Below are positions 1 to 14,352 of a stretch of 64,000 bases of DNA, one piece after another. Every line of letters starts with the position of its first letter. The first letter of the stretch is position 1. The DNA is from Patellaria atrata CBS 101060 (taxonomy: Eukaryota), in assembly GCA_010093705.1 (NCBI GenBank), contig MU006104.1:124001-188000 (forward strand), written 5' to 3'. The translations under genes were made by a program, and so were the position numbers. The notes beneath the pieces were generated by a model, which worked only from the letters and a program-made list of their open reading frames with translations, had not been told where the DNA came from and did not search any database.

Positions 1-1306
1 TAGTATGGAACGTACAGTACTAAGTTCATGGTGAGTAGTATGGTGATACCACGTCGACAGTACGGAAGAGTTTCACCTCAAGCCAAAGAATCGTATAGAA
101 ATACCGTGAAATGATGTCTCCCTTTTGAACTTTGGCTTCATACGATGTCCATCGCTACTAGTTTGACCGATGGTTATGGGTGGGGAAGAGGATCACTGTC
201 GTCCGTGCCGTCTGGTCCCTAAGACCCGTTATCAGGGATATCAAGAAGTCGACATTAGGGACTCAGTGATGCGTATACCAAGGATGATATTGCAGGAGTA
301 TCTTTCGAGTCGTCAACAGTATCGCACCCGTCAGTGTCTACACCCTGAACTTGCTGACATCGCATATCCGTACTAAGAGGTCGACATCGACGATTTACGG
401 TGTCCGGAATCCGCATGTCTGTTTAATCTTAAGGAGCAGAGTGATGCGATGGCAGAATCAGTGAGATAGATCCCATCCGGATCCGCTGAGTTTGAAGCAA
501 AGAAAGTTAGTTTAGGAGTAAGTGAGGAAACCAGTTATGTTTTGCAGAGCTAAGGAAGCGGGAAGTAATGAACATCTTAAAGCTCAAATTGACGCTAAAT
601 TATGTGCTACAGTGGAAGATAGGGTAGAAGTGATATGATACGCCTTTTTTCTGAACGCAAGCGCCTCCACCAACGCCACCGATGTCCACTTGCAGACAGG
701 GTCTCATAAGATCGTCTAACGATCGCTAAATATATCGCGTGAATCATGATTGTCGTAATGTGAATACGAAAAGCCAGTCTTCCTCGTATTTACGCCGTGG
801 ATACGCTCCGTGACAGGTTAAATCTTACCGGAGTTGAGTTCGCACTACAAACCACCATGCGCAGGAAATAACCCTCTAGAGATTTAGAAAGAGATCGGAG
901 TGATATCAAATGGGAAAATTTTGGTGTTGCGCCAGATAACGCCGGTAACGATGTTAAAGAGGATTCTTTGGGGTGCTTGCAGAATTGCCCCCACGCTTCA
1001 CGCCACCACCTTTCTGCCCTGTGTTTTTCGAACGCCTATTTGCACTCTGATAGAGCTTGAAATGACAGTGATATAATTGAACATAAGAAATGATGGTTTG
1101 CATGCACTTCCCTTGTTGTGTGAGCCTTGGATGCTGTACTGTAGCCTTGGAAAGACGTAGAGCCTGGACTGTTTCGGCTACTGACCTCTGAGCAGAAGTA
1201 AGACTAGAGAGCACAACGGTATGTGTGTACTTGTACAGTATTGGTCATGACAAGGGGGATATGTTGTACTACCAAGAATACGAAAGGAATGCGAGGTACG
1301 GAGCAA

Positions 1307-3696
1307 CTAGTCCTGAGTAAAGGACCATGTGTCAAACATGTTGCTACTATCTGATAACGGCTCAAAGCTGTTGAACGAATCGACCGTAAAAGCCAATCCC
1401 ATTGAGCCACCAAATGCATTCTGGTCGAACACGGACGAATCCCCAAGCAGTGGCACGACTGCCTGGTTATTGTTGACATGTTGATCCACATCCGGCGAGT
1501 CAAAACTCTGCAACGTCTCAACGGTATTGGGATATGAACACTGTGAGGGTTGTTGAGAAGAAGGACCAGAAGGGCTCACCGAGCCAGTGAGACCGGTCCG
1601 GATTCGACTGATGAGATAGTCAGCTTTAGCCGCAAGGTCTCTCGTCACATTTGCGGCACTAGCCGCGATAGCGAAATTGTTGCCAAAATTTTCGAAAACG
1701 GCAATTGCATTGTTGATCGCCTTCCGAGCCGAGGGTGTAGACGGTGCAATAGGGTAAGCGAGCACAAAACCGATCATGGATAAGGTTGCGTTCCACTGCC
1801 ATTGGAACGGTTCATGCCACCCGCTTAGAATATCCGTCTCTGTCAGTACTTGATGCATAATATGAGTGATTGCAATCGCGTGGTTGACGCACGATATAGC
1901 GTGCCCTTCAGCTATTGGAGTTGCGCTGGATGCTGGAGAGAATGAGATGAAAGGTCGATATAGGTTCATTGAGAGGTTATGATAGAGGAGCTCTAAAAGC
2001 AACCGCTGTCGCTGAAGCCACAAGGGAGCGAATAGTTCTATCTCCAATGCAGACCTGTCCGTCGAAAAGGCCTCTCCCGCTCCCTTGCGCTTTGTCTTTA
2101 GTTGCTTCGGCACGCTCTGCAGCCAGTTATGGAGACATTTCATACTTGAGTTGAGGAAATCTGCACATGTCTCAAGCGATTGGGGGTCGTTGTAGAGATT
2201 CTTCCCGCCATTTGAGCCGAGAACGTCGGCGCATTTATCGTAAAACGCAGTGTAGATTGCTCTAGCGGCCAGGATGAGATTCGCATTCTGCAATGTGTAG
2301 GTGAGCCAAGTAATACTCTCATCAAAAGGCGAGAAGTTAGAGCCAGACACCAAGGCGAGTTCATGGTCATCAGCAGGAAACTTGCAGGTCACCTGGGAGA
2401 ACTGAGCTGCGAATGGTCGTCCAAGCTTCATACTTGTCTTACTCTCAATAGCGAACAGCGTCCACCAGAGCCGTCTTCTTAGTTCTTTCTGCTTCCGTGG
2501 CATATCTTCTGGAGGCTCTAAATGGAGGCCTAGGATATGAGCTGTCCTCATGGACAAAGCAAGAGAAAAATGAGCCATATTCGTAAACGAAGCGTTGCAA
2601 AGATAAATGACCGAAAGAAAATGACATTGAAGTGTCGTGATCGAAGGACTTTCCATATCACATGTAAGTAAGGATTGGCATCTTCGATAGAACCAACGTC
2701 CAGCAACTGTAGCATCGTTGATGTTTACATCCGCTCGAGGTTCTGCATCGTTTCGGGGTAAGAATGCTGTACCATACTGCATGCATAATGCAAGGACGAT
2801 ATCAACAAGCGCTGATGGCTTTCGAGGCGCTCCAGGTGTGGTCCATAATGACTTGTAGTGCTCGCGGAATTCAGACTCATCGATTACCTGTAGCGTACAA
2901 TGGTATGACTGCCAATATAGGCCTAAGAAGTATTCCTCTTGAGTACTTGTCAGATATTCTTCAGTAATTGGAGAGTCTGTCTCCATCATATTTTGTTCAA
3001 CACTACCGTTCCATGGGCTTGTGGGACTTGCGAATACCCTACTTGCAGAATTTGGTTGCATATGGTGGTCTGAATGAGGTTGCTGGAGCGCTTTTTCCAA
3101 ATAGGAACCCATCCGGCCTATAAAGTAGAATAGTGACGAGGGGCCATAGCACTGTGTTTGATGCGATTGCGCAGTGCTGGTGTGAATCCCTTCCCAGTAT
3201 TTCCTCTTCCCTTCAAGCTCTTTGAAGGGATCTAGAGCAGGAGGCGGTGATGCAGCCGAAGAAGCTGGAGGAGTGGGTAGTGAAGCAGACCCATTTTTAA
3301 GGGATCTATCGCCGTCGAGCTGCTCTTCTAGCTCCTTTACTCGTAGTCTCAATCTCTCGATTTCCCTTAGGAGCATACAGTATCAGCTTGAGTGTGGAAC
3401 CCGTCGAGCTCGTAGGATAACAGAGATATTTATAGAGACAACAGAGTCACTTACCTGACAGCATGAGGCAGAGTTCGGACATCACTTGTGCCTTTATTGC
3501 TACATTGCCCTCCTCTGTTCTGACAGTTGTGGCATGGATAGTTGCTATCACATTTGATGCGATGAACTCGACACCAGTCGCAAGCTCTGGCAACTTGGCT
3601 ACGCTTCGGCCGTGCTGGTATCGAGGGAGTAGCTCCAGTGGAGGAGTGGTCATTCTTTAGAGAACGAGGCGGGGCACCTACGAAAGTGGTAAACAT
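1307..3696 (-). CDS. Zn(II)2Cys6 fungal transcription factor with fungal-specific TF middle homology region; probable cluster regulator
   Basis: Exon 1 (3696-3455) encodes [28 protein letters not shown] (C-x2-C-x6-C-x5-C-x2-C-x6-C). A GTAAGT...AAG intron at 3454-3366 joins it in frame to the 689-aa ORF containing [24 protein letters not shown] (Fungal_trans-type motif). Confidence 0.93.
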
Positions 3697-6600
3697 GTTG
3701 AAGCCCTTGGAGTTGATTGTGCTGAAAAATTACAACAGCTAACTGTGCCGTACTTAAATCTGATAGAGGCCAAATCGAAAACACAAAGCAGTGCAGATCG
3801 CCCCTCGCACGAGCTGAACGTCAAAGACCGCTCTCTTCTGTACGCGTTCCAACCTTGAAGCGTGCTCATGGGGTTGTTGCATGCGCTAAGAGACTTCGTC
3901 TTATTACCCTGTTTTTGATATCAACGTACGGTACCGTATTCCCGGCATTTCGAAAATAATGGATATGGATACACCTTGGTTATACCTTTTAACCTGGAAG
4001 CTGCTGTTAGGGATATGAAACTTGTTCTCGGTCTCGGTCTCGGCAGTAGCGTAAGAGAGAACTAGATGCGTCGCGTACGAGTGCACGTGACCGAGGTAAA
4101 TCGTCTATGTAAGCGAAACAGTACAGTATAGGAACATCAATTTCCCATGAGATCTAACATTAAGGCTTTAGATGTATTCTTCTTCAATAAGAACGTTAAT
4201 TCGATTCTCCTACTTTCTTCTACCTTTGGACGAGACACAACTTCTTTCCTGGAATAATCTTAGAAGCTCCAGGCTTCTCATCTCACCAAAAACCCCACAA
4301 AAGAGTTCACCGACAGATTGAAACTGGGACAGCCTCTTCTCGCATATTGTTCAGCTTGTACCTCAGCCTTGTACAACGTTGGAGGTGCAAAGCTTGTTTG
4401 TGTAACGGCATGCAAGCATAGGCAGAGTGCTGATCCTGCAGCGTAAACCTGGAATCCGTGGCGATGAGTGACCAAAGTCGAAGGCCATCTTTTGTCCATC
4501 ATTTCCTTGTCATCACCTTACATGCAAACATGAAGGTTTCACCCACCAAAACGGGATCTGTTATGTCCCTTACCTATATTCCCGATAAGAGCTACTGATG
4601 ATCTGAGACCCTGGAGAGGGTACAATCCTTTATCCTCACCGGATACGTACAACCATGCATAAGGGAAGAGAATCCCAGCAAAGACCTGACCATCGCTTAA
4701 ATGAAAATTTCGAAACTTCAAATGGTACTTGTAACAGTGGCAAAGTGGTTGAAGGGCTTTGGTATATAGATTTGTCGTGATCAGTATCAGAGCTTTTGAG
4801 ACGCCATACTCTGGAATACAGAGGAGGTAATTTCAAACTCCATTCAGAATGATATTCATCTTTTGTTGAAATTCGCTATCGGATCTCGCTTACGCTGTCA
4901 GATCAGCGCGAATTCCTATCCAGGGACGTAGATATGTGGTTTTTGAACCTTCTTCATAGGGCAGGTCCTCTCTTGACGTTAATCTCGGAAGTATGTATCT
5001 CAATCCGACGACAAAGAATCTGGTTGTAGAGATGCTTTCTCGCATGATAGTCTATCCCACTCGGTCTATGATTTATGTAGATCACAGTTACGGAGAAGTA
5101 AGTTTCATATGTAATGATTCGTTTGGTAGTACCATACCAAAGGGTTGGTTGTGATACTAATTATCTAGCTACCAAGGCTCAATTAGTTACACACGTTATA
5201 TTCATCCAACCTAGAAGGGTGAGAACTGGGACAGTTGATTCACCAAGAACGTCCGCGGTAACCCGACCTAGGGGTATGACGTCGAACCGATACTCGTCCG
5301 ATCAGGTACTCCTATTGAGCGAGGGCGGGGGATATCCCAAGTTCTTCCTCCACACACCTTTGAAGGCAAAACCGTGTGCATATAACCTGCATGAGGCGAG
5401 TCCACGTGACAGCTATCAGACGTTTTAAACACTATCTATTCGATATTAGTTGAAGAATTCCGATATTTACTTGCCACTACAAATTTTAGTTGTTTGTGGT
5501 GGGATAAGATAAATTTACTCACTTCAACACTAACTAGACGATAGTATGAAGACGCTCACGGACCGAAGTCGATATGTGATGGCCTCCCAGTATCAACATA
5601 GCATCATTTAACATTTTACATAGCTTTTCCAAACTCCTGTAAGTACAATAGAGCAGACACCATACATAGTCACTATGTTTGAACCGCTAAGTAATTCATA
5701 ATTCCGACTCCATTGGAGCGTATTCTCGGCCGTCGAGCAGCAATTTGGAGTGAAACTTCTCTGAAGTTGATACGTATGACAATATCCAACCAGTAATCGA
5801 ACCGTATCTATGGAAGTGGCGCTATTACTCTCGATTAGTATAAGTCGCATGGAGAGTTAGACTCAGTATATTCGTTCGTAAACTGTGCCACGCGATCGCG
5901 TGGGATGAGCATCGTTACGAAGATTTATCCCACCCGAAAATGCAGCATTGTAGATCTATCAAGGGAGAAGAATAGACCAGGTACCGCATTTAAGGTCATA
6001 GCTCTAGCATCTAGAGATATATATTCTCTGAGTATTGCTTGTATGTTCCGCAATATAAGTCCCGGCACCTACCGTCTGACAGAGCATGTCGATCTAGGAT
6101 TGCTCGTCTAGAATGTTATCTCTTGGACCTTGGACTAAATGATGCATCTGTTGGAATTTTTTTAATTTTTTTTTTCACTAAACAGCCCTTGTCCTGCCAA
6201 GTTACGGCTTAGTAACTATCTGTACGCGGGTATCAGACTTGCAGCATAAGGGAGCAAAGAGTCTATCTGGGGGTGGTTTCGGGTACAACGTACGGTTAGG
6301 GTGAACTTTTGAGGGAATATAGGGCTGTAACTCCCGGTCGAGTTCTAGTACTCCATTGGATAGATGTCAAGTATAATCCTAGTACCATAGTCAACTTCAC
6401 TAACTTTCTGGAGTATAATGTTTAGGCCTGTGGACCATTACCGCCAAGGGAAAGGTACCCACTATATTGCTCTGACACATCCCATCCTATTGGGCTATTA
6501 ACAATACTGCTCCTATTTGTAATGCATCTGATCTCGAAGATAACTGACAACTGGACTTACCCATGCAAAATAGTAAAAAGCCATATCAGTTCGAACAACA

Positions 6601-7206
6601 GAGCACCAAATATTGACTGATACGTCAACCCTACTTCAACAACAAGGTATGCCAACCCTCGGCATGGATACTATATGCCCCGCAGTACCCCAGAATTAGG
6701 GTCATTTTCTTTTTGTTCTGACTGCATCAGGTCTTCAATCGACGGAGTTAATTGACGATAAGGATATATAGATTTTACATCACCCCTTGCTCGCGTCTCT
6801 TCAAATAAGCCAAAATCCTACTGTCGGCCTTGTATAGGCGGATCGGAATCGTGTCGCTGTGTCATTTGATTCGCCGACTTCCTCTCTATGCAAATTTTTA
6901 GATCCCTATAACGAGGCTGTATTTGACCACCATGGTAGCCCTATTCTTGGAGATGTTGTCAGCTTGGGAATTTTCTTTCAGCACCCCGCGTGGCTGACTT
7001 CAGGCCCTAGAAGAGAAGCTGCGAAGCTGATGAGAGCGACAAACTTTTGACCAGTCTTGATACATTGATGATAAGTTTGGAATCGATGAAGACTACTAAT
7101 GGTGGGATTCTTGTGAATTGAAGTGATGTTTGGGTTTGTTCAGAATGCTTCGCGGTTTAGCGTCTTATCTCCGAACATGAACCAGCCCCTGAAAATGAAG
7201 CACTAA

Positions 7207-7218
7207 TTCCCAAAGGAG
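7207..7218. promoter_or_regulatory. Candidate cluster TF site TTCC-CAAA-GGAG upstream of the MFS gene
   Basis: Palindromic TCC-N4-GGA core about 410 bp upstream of the ATG, followed directly by two CTCCGAAA direct repeats (7221-7236). The same core recurs upstream of other cluster genes. Confidence 0.5.
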
Positions 7219-7619
7219 AACTCCGAAACTCCGAAATCTGCAAACGGCTAGACTCTCTATACGTTCCTCGTCAAAGTGAGCTTAACCCGAATTCATCGAA
7301 ATGAAGACCTCTAAGCTGATTGACAAGTCGTTCCGGGTTGAATCATGACGCGTACAAGAGTGAAATGCTACTGGATAGAACACGGTCGTATTAGGAGTCC
7401 CTTTTGCTTAAAGAATGTCGTCTGGGAAGAGATCTCTTTGACCCCAAATCTAAAGGAGTTGCGGACTTTCCGTTTTAGGAAGTACATGATTAGAATGAAG
7501 CAATTATGTATAGCATGTCGTCTCTTCCATTCATATGAGTGTTTATTCCGCTTTGATTATACGTCTTCAAGTCGTCTACACTTCTACATCCTCACATTTC
7601 TTTCTATTCCGAAAATAAT

Positions 7620-9431
7620 ATGACAGAAAACATCGGGTACATATCGAATTCCGCCCAAACCAGCCAACCAGACATCGAAAAATCAATTGGTGAGGATATA
7701 CCTTCGGAAACTACGAATGGACCTACACAAAGCGGCTCGTCTCTGTCTAGTCAGGAAAAGCAACAACTGTCGAGCAATAATGACGGAGTAGAACCGACCC
7801 GTCGAGTTACAGGATACCGTTGGATTTTAATTTGTATAGCAATTTACTCCGCAAATATCCTCTATGGTCTCGACACCACTATAGCAGCTGATATACAAGC
7901 GGATGTGTCCGAAGCGTATGATAATGTTACTCAGTTAGGATGGCTCGGTGTGGGATTTACCTTAGGATCTACCGTAGCAATATTACCCCTTGGGAAGGTC
8001 TATGGCATCTTTAACAACAAGTGGATCTTTATCAACTGTCTAGCCCATTTTGCGGCTGCGAGCGCATTGTGTGGTGCCGCGCCTACTATGAGTGCTGTGA
8101 TCGTCGGGCGTGTTTGGGCCGGAGCTGGGGGTGCCGGAATGTATCTTGGGTGAGCAATCGAACGGATTTACTGTGATTGTAGACTGACTCTTGAGGAGAA
8201 CTTTGAATCTAGTAACGGTTACGAGCACCCCGAAAGAGCAACCATTCTATGTTGGCCTAACTGGGTTCGCATACGGTAGCGGTTGTATTCTGGGGCCAGT
8301 CGTTGGTGGATTGTTCGCGGATAGTGCTGCTACGTGGCGTTGGGTACGTCTTTCGCAAGATATCCATTCCTGTCGAACTGTTCTAATTGTATTTGTTAGG
8401 CCTTTTACCTCAACCTCGTGATATTTGGAGCTATGAGTCCCATATACTTATTCTTGCTGCCATCTCTTCCTCGTCATCCCGGCACTACTTTCACGCAAAA
8501 GCTAAAGGGCCTCGATTGGCTTGGCACTGTACTCACCGGGGGTCTATACGTCTCCTTCACTTTAGCATTCACCTTTGGAGGTGCTATTTGGGATTGGGAT
8601 GATGCGCGTGTCATTGCGTTGATAGTGCTGTTCATAATCTTTACCATCGTCTTCGCTGTCACTCAATACTACTCCGTCTTCACTAATAAGATGGACCGAC
8701 TTTTCCCCTGCGAGTTTCTTCGCGATCCCCAACTCATACTTCTATACGTTTGTATGGCTTGTGGTGGTGCAGCTCTTTTCGTATCAATCTACTACATCCC
8801 TCTATACTTCTTGTTCGTTCATGGAGATAGCGGTACGGAAGCGGCTGTGCGTCTTCTCCCGTTTATATGCTTCTACGTCGCGACAATTCTGGCATGCGGA
8901 GCGTTTATGGGACGTGTGGGGTACCACTGGCTATGGTACCTTATCAGTGGTCTGTTCATGACAGCTGGAGGTACAACCATGTACACGGTGAATGCGGACA
9001 CAGCAGCAGCAAATATATACGGCTACACCACTCTGGTTGGCCTAGGTATGGCGACCACACAAGCAGGATATGCGGTTGGTCCTCTTCTCGTGAGACCTGA
9101 GCGTGTTGCGGAACTCATACAATTTTTGAATATTTCCCAAGGATCCAGTCAGCTCATCGGTCTAGCTATCGCCGGTTCCATGTTCCAAAGCATTACGTTT
9201 GCAGGATTGCAGGATGTCCTGAGAGGAACAGGATACCCTGACAGTGAGATACGGGCTGCTATTGCCGGCGCTAGGAGCGACATACTTCAAAATGCGAATC
9301 CGGAACTTCGAGCACGATGCATCGATGTTATTGTCCGAAGCATCCGCAATGCATGGGTCTTGGTTATTACAGCAGGTGCACTGTGGACAGTGTGCTCTTG
9401 CTTTCTGACTAAACGGCGTTTCGTAACTTGA
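7620..9431 (+). CDS. DHA2/14-TMS MFS efflux transporter, PatC-like
   Basis: Three exons, with introns at about 8150-8198 and 8344-8399. Motifs LYGLDTTIAADIQ, IVGRVWAGAGGAGMYLG, LGPVVGGLFADSAATWRW|AFYLNL and YYIPLYF, plus many hydrophobic helices. Very similar to recalled patulin PatC (AVRLLPFICFYVATIL, GLGMATTQA). Confidence 0.9.
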
Positions 9432-10434
9432 ATGCACTTCGAAGCTTTCGATCCTCTCCATGTTTTCTCTTTTCTAATTAAAAGCATCCGCTGGTTCTAC
9501 TGCGAGCACGGAGCTATTGTATAAAATAATTTGGGGCATAGTTCTTGCTTTGGGTCTATAGATAGGTCCAGGTTGTATTTCTATTATAGTATGGGGAATA
9601 TACCCTACCTATTGATATTAGCAGTGACTTACAGAAAGAGATTAGATGTGCTTGGCACCTACACTTGAAGCTACTTCCGTACTAGTCGCAAATCCACTAG
9701 GCTTATTGAACATCATCGTAGAAGTTGAATTAAGCTTTTCTCTCAAGCGGTTTGAGCCGAATCTAAGATCTACGTTCATATAGGGATCTACATTTGGAGC
9801 GGACAATGCACTGTAATTGACTGTACAGCTATCGAAGCATGCTAATATTCGGGAAGACAGATCAGGGGTTCATGCACTTGAAAGTAGTCGGAAGCTACAA
9901 CACTTTTAGGCGATCTAACAAGGCTCCATGCTCTTTTCCTTGTGCATATGAATCCAAAGCTGCATCTGCTATGGACACGGAAAGCTTCGATGTGCCTGAA
10001 TTGATGTTGAAAATTAGTCAAGCTTTAAACTTTAGGTACAGTCCTTTTAGCACCGGAAATGTCAATAGAGGAGATCATAGAATGCAGGCTAAGGGAGCAA
10101 AAAGGTTAGTGAGTATTCCAGATGATTGAAAGCCCATTAGAACACACAATACGGACAGGCCAATCTTCATCATACAAAACATGACCAACTTTGGTATGAA
10201 ACGGGAACTTCCTGCTCCGTTGGGGACTAACTGGCGCGTTTGCCCATAACAGAGCAAAACGTTTACCCCAGCCCATAAGAATACAAGGAAACTATATCTG
10301 AAGAAACTAAACCGGGTTCGAGGGTATAGATAGAATAGCCCAGCAATCTGTCGCTTCTCTGATGTTTTTTCTAGCCTTACAATACGGCTAAACGTGGCGT
10401 CCCAAGAGCTATTCTGGACACCCGAGTTTAGGGA

Positions 10435-10446
10435 TTCCAGATGGAT
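10435..10446. promoter_or_regulatory. Candidate cluster TF site TTCC-AGAT-GGAT upstream of the ADH gene
   Basis: TCC-N4-GGA core about 440 bp upstream of ATG 10884. Confidence 0.35.
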
Positions 10447-10883
10447 TCGGCTTGAACCTCTTCGTTGGATCCTTATCAAGGTAGCATATTCATCAAAAGC
10501 CGCTATGCTAGGTGGAAGCGTTTTGATGTTGATATCGAGGTTCTGTACGACATGGTCGATCTACAACGATATGACAGCACTGGATATTTGCATTCTTAAC
10601 GCCGGTGACGTAGACTATTTAATTAGAAATATTTCAAAAAGATCGTGGTTTGCGGATTTAAGATATCGAAGGTAACCTCCTTGGCTATTTTGGCTAGTCA
10701 TTGAGCTTCCTCTCCGGGCCTCCTGGGACGTTTTCGGCTAGGTTCCGGAGCACTCCTTTAGGCTAGCGCCACAGGAACCCTATAACTATACAGAACAGCA
10801 TTCTTTTTTCTTTGCGACGCCGCATGTCTACACATCTCTCCAAATCCAAACTTTTGCGATTACTAGTGAACAAGTTTAGGACC

Positions 10884-12230
10884 ATGGGCCTTCCAAAGAC
10901 TTACAAGCAGGCGGTTTTCAACGACGCCGGCGCTCCTCTCACCATTCAAGAGGCTGAATTGAGCTTGCCGAGCAAGGGAGAGGTGCTGGTTAAGGTTCAG
11001 GCTTGTGGTGTTTGTTTCTCGGATATGTTCGCACAGCATAACATCATGGGCGGTGGATTGTAAGTTACTTCACCTTGAATCTAATGTAGTTTGAGATTCT
11101 CTTAATGGAGAGACAATGCATCTGCAGATATCCCGTTCAACCGTACCACTGACTCTGTCGCTTAGCCCTATCGTTCCTGGCCACGAGATCATCGGAACCG
11201 TAGCTGCTGTTCCTGAGGGAGAGACGAAGTGGAAAGTCGGAGATCGAATTGGTGGAGCGTGGCATGGTGGTCATGACGGTAAGATACATGCATTCCCAAT
11301 CTGAACAAATTGAAGATCGCATCAATAACGTAGATATTTCAACCAGGTACTTGCCATGCATGCCAAAAGGGTCTCTTCCAAATGTGTGATAACAAAGCAG
11401 TCAATGGCGAGACCAGAGGTGGTGGATGTAAGTACACTTAACCGCATTAGAGCACATACACTTATAGTGCATAGATGCAGAATACTGCAAGCTTCGCACT
11501 GAAGCTGGTGTTCGTATCCCAGCTCACCTGGACGCAGCCAAGTATGCCCCAATTCTTTGCGCTGGAGTGTCTGTATTCAACTCCATGCGCCGTATGGAAA
11601 TACCACCTGGATCGACAGTTGCAATTCAGGGTCTTGGTGGTCTTGGACATCTTGCAGTCCAATATGCAAACAAATTTGGATACCGCGTTGTCGCTATCTC
11701 TCGCGATGCTAAGAAGGAGAAATTTGTTCGCGAGCTCGGTGCACATGAATACATCGACACAAGCAAGGTTGATGCGGGTCAGGCGTTGAAGAAGCTTGGT
11801 GGCGCATCGTTAATCGTTACCACGGCTCCCTCCGGAGATGTTATTACGCCATTGCTACAGGGACTCGGTCCATTGGGAAAGCTACTTATCCTGTCGGGTA
11901 AGCTAATTTATAAAGAGACCTGTATTAGAGCTGTACTGACATTTTCAGTTCCGGGTGAATTACCGATCAATACGGGTGTCCTTCTTGGGTACGGATTATC
12001 GGTACATTCATGGCCTGCCGGTCACGCTACCGATACCGAACAAGCCATTGCATTTACCGAGCTGCAAAACGTCAACTGCATGATTGAGAAGTTTCCGCTT
12101 CAGGATGCCCAGAAAGCTTTCGGTAAGCCGCTCCGTCCTATGAGAGAAGTACATAAGCATGACTAATCAAACTATAGACGCAATGCTCAAAGGAGATGTC
12201 CGTTTCAGGGCAGTTATCGTGATGGAATAA
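10884..12230 (+). CDS. Zinc-dependent medium-chain alcohol dehydrogenase, PatD-like
   Basis: Six exons, with GT-AG introns starting near 11060, 11279, 11428, 11898 and 12123. Motifs ACGVCFSD, PGHEIIG, GWHGGHDG-type WHGGHDGTCHACQKGLFQMC, GLGGLGHLA (Rossmann) and C-terminal VRFRAVIVME*. Matches recalled PatD. Confidence 0.9.
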
Positions 12231-14036
12231 ATTGGTGGGAGTGAAGATTCAAAAAACAAAAATCTAGCAGTTAGCATCATGAGTGCGTCCCAGTAACTCC
12301 TGCAGCCTTGCCTACATAGCACTAAATGGCTACGAGTGATCTGTACACGCTGGAACTGGAATCTAGGAGTGACCTTACGTTTAGGCGACTAAGGTGTGCA
12401 GAAGAATTCTAGTGGTCCTTTAGCGATGTAATTTAGCTTTCACAGAACCAATAAAATATGTGTGCTCAATATGAAGGTGCAAAAATACTAGTGAGTCCTT
12501 AACGAAAGTCCTAGGATCATGAATCCGTGCTCCTAGCGTTTTTGGATTGAAGAATGGAGACTGAAGTAGAAATACCGGCTTAAGTCATTACGAAGACTTT
12601 AGCCTCTACAAAAAGGGATTAAAGATGGGTAACTAGATTAGATCACTTCCAAGAGAGTTCCATTCGGGAACATAATGCAACAGGGCTAAGCCATATCCTT
12701 GAGGAATATTAATAGCAGCTGGACCTAATCTTGTGCTACCCGTAGGAGTTATCAACTAAGACGGAAGGTGACAAGGGGGACACGTGCCAACCAAGTAGGT
12801 GGCAAATTCAAGGAGACTGAAACGTGCTGAGTGGGCTGTATCAAGGATTGTACAGTACCACGTAAGTGGCTCTTGGGGCGAGGTTTGCGAGTGCTGTAAA
12901 TGACAATGCGTAGAGTTTACAGTGCCACATTGGCTGCGGATATGGTATGTACGTCCGATGGCGGAGTCCAGAGGTTTACGAGGTGTGATACCTAAAACTC
13001 CTTAGGAAGGTTGAGTTTAGGGATTGTGGTTGTGTTGGACGAACCTTGTCTCAGACGTGGGGGATATGCTTTGATGGTAGCGAGGTATGGGATAAATGCT
13101 ACATATTTGGTAATGATTGAGGTATAAATGCTTGCTATTCCACAACAAGGGACGGAATGTTATCTGTGGCAAATCGAGGTTCGCCTTAACAGGCGATTAA
13201 AGTTCGTCGTTGCAACGTAGAGGCTAGTTTGAAGTGAGCAATAAAGAAACATTAGCTATGAGGATGACTGTTGGAAAAATAGTGACCACCTATTCAAGGA
13301 TACGGTGCTTGATCCCCCCTTACGGGAGATATCTTTGGGCATGTTTCCCATGATTAAGGTACGGTATGACCCCGCTGAACGTCTTGTGCCACTATACTGG
13401 TGATACACGTTTTTTGGGACATTGAACGTCAGACAGTAGGGCGGAATCTGTGAGGTGGTTGGTAATATGTCTCATCTGTTTTACTAATTGGCGGAGGATA
13501 CGAATATGTCCCAGATAGATTCGCTAATTCGGACGACCCCGGTGTGGATTGTATTTTTGTGCTCACTTAGCCAGGGGCGACTTATCCTAACAGAATGCGA
13601 AGAATGCGATGGTCCTGAAATATTGTGGCTTTGGGCTTCAAAGGACACTTGACGAGATTTTCCATTCTTGTAGGTTGCCAGCTAATCGAATACGGGTGTA
13701 GTTCTTGATAATTATCTCTGAGAATTGGGCTCACAGCTAATATCGGGTCCAAACCTGTCTAATGTTGCTCCTTTTGACCCGGTTGTATGGAAACGGGTCC
13801 GTGTGACGCCGAAAAACGTGGAAAAGCAAGCCTCACTTGCACAAACTATCCCATGACCAGCATTGATGGTAAAGTCTCTAAATAGAGCGTATAGGGTTCT
13901 CATTAGTCGTCCTTGATAATCTTTTGATCGAAATCCAACGCTATACACAGTTCTTTCGAAGCTCAGGTAACGGCGCTGCATAGGCTATCAAGTTGCCCAT
14001 GTTTACTCGCTTGTTGATCCAGCATTTTAAGAACAA

Positions 14037-14048
14037 CTCCTTATGGAG
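14037..14048. promoter_or_regulatory. Candidate cluster TF site CTCC-TTAT-GGAG upstream of the GMC gene
   Basis: Perfect CTCC-N4-GGAG inverted repeat about 310 bp upstream of ATG 14353. Confidence 0.5.
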
Positions 14049-14352
14049 ACACTTTTTTGTGGCTTGGGGGCTCCGGAGACTCCATAAGACAGTTGACGGT
14101 TACGCCTGATGACCTCGAATCCTGTAATTAGATGGGCTGAGAGGAGCTAAGGTGAAGTTGCGAAGTACCAAACTGAACAGTATCATTCTGAGGCGAGCTT
14201 AAGCTATAAATTCGATGGACTAGGTGCAGTTTGTGAGGCGACAGATTGTTATATCTCCCATCTTAGTTTTGTGTAACCAGGAGGCCATATAAAATTGTTC
14301 TTCTTTTACAACATCGTTCTCTCTCATATTTTGCTGCGTCTCGTCGAATATC

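Noticed and set aside
1..1300. Possible gene or transposon fragment at the window start
   Set aside because: Only short ORFs without recognisable domains, and I could not assemble a consistent spliced model.
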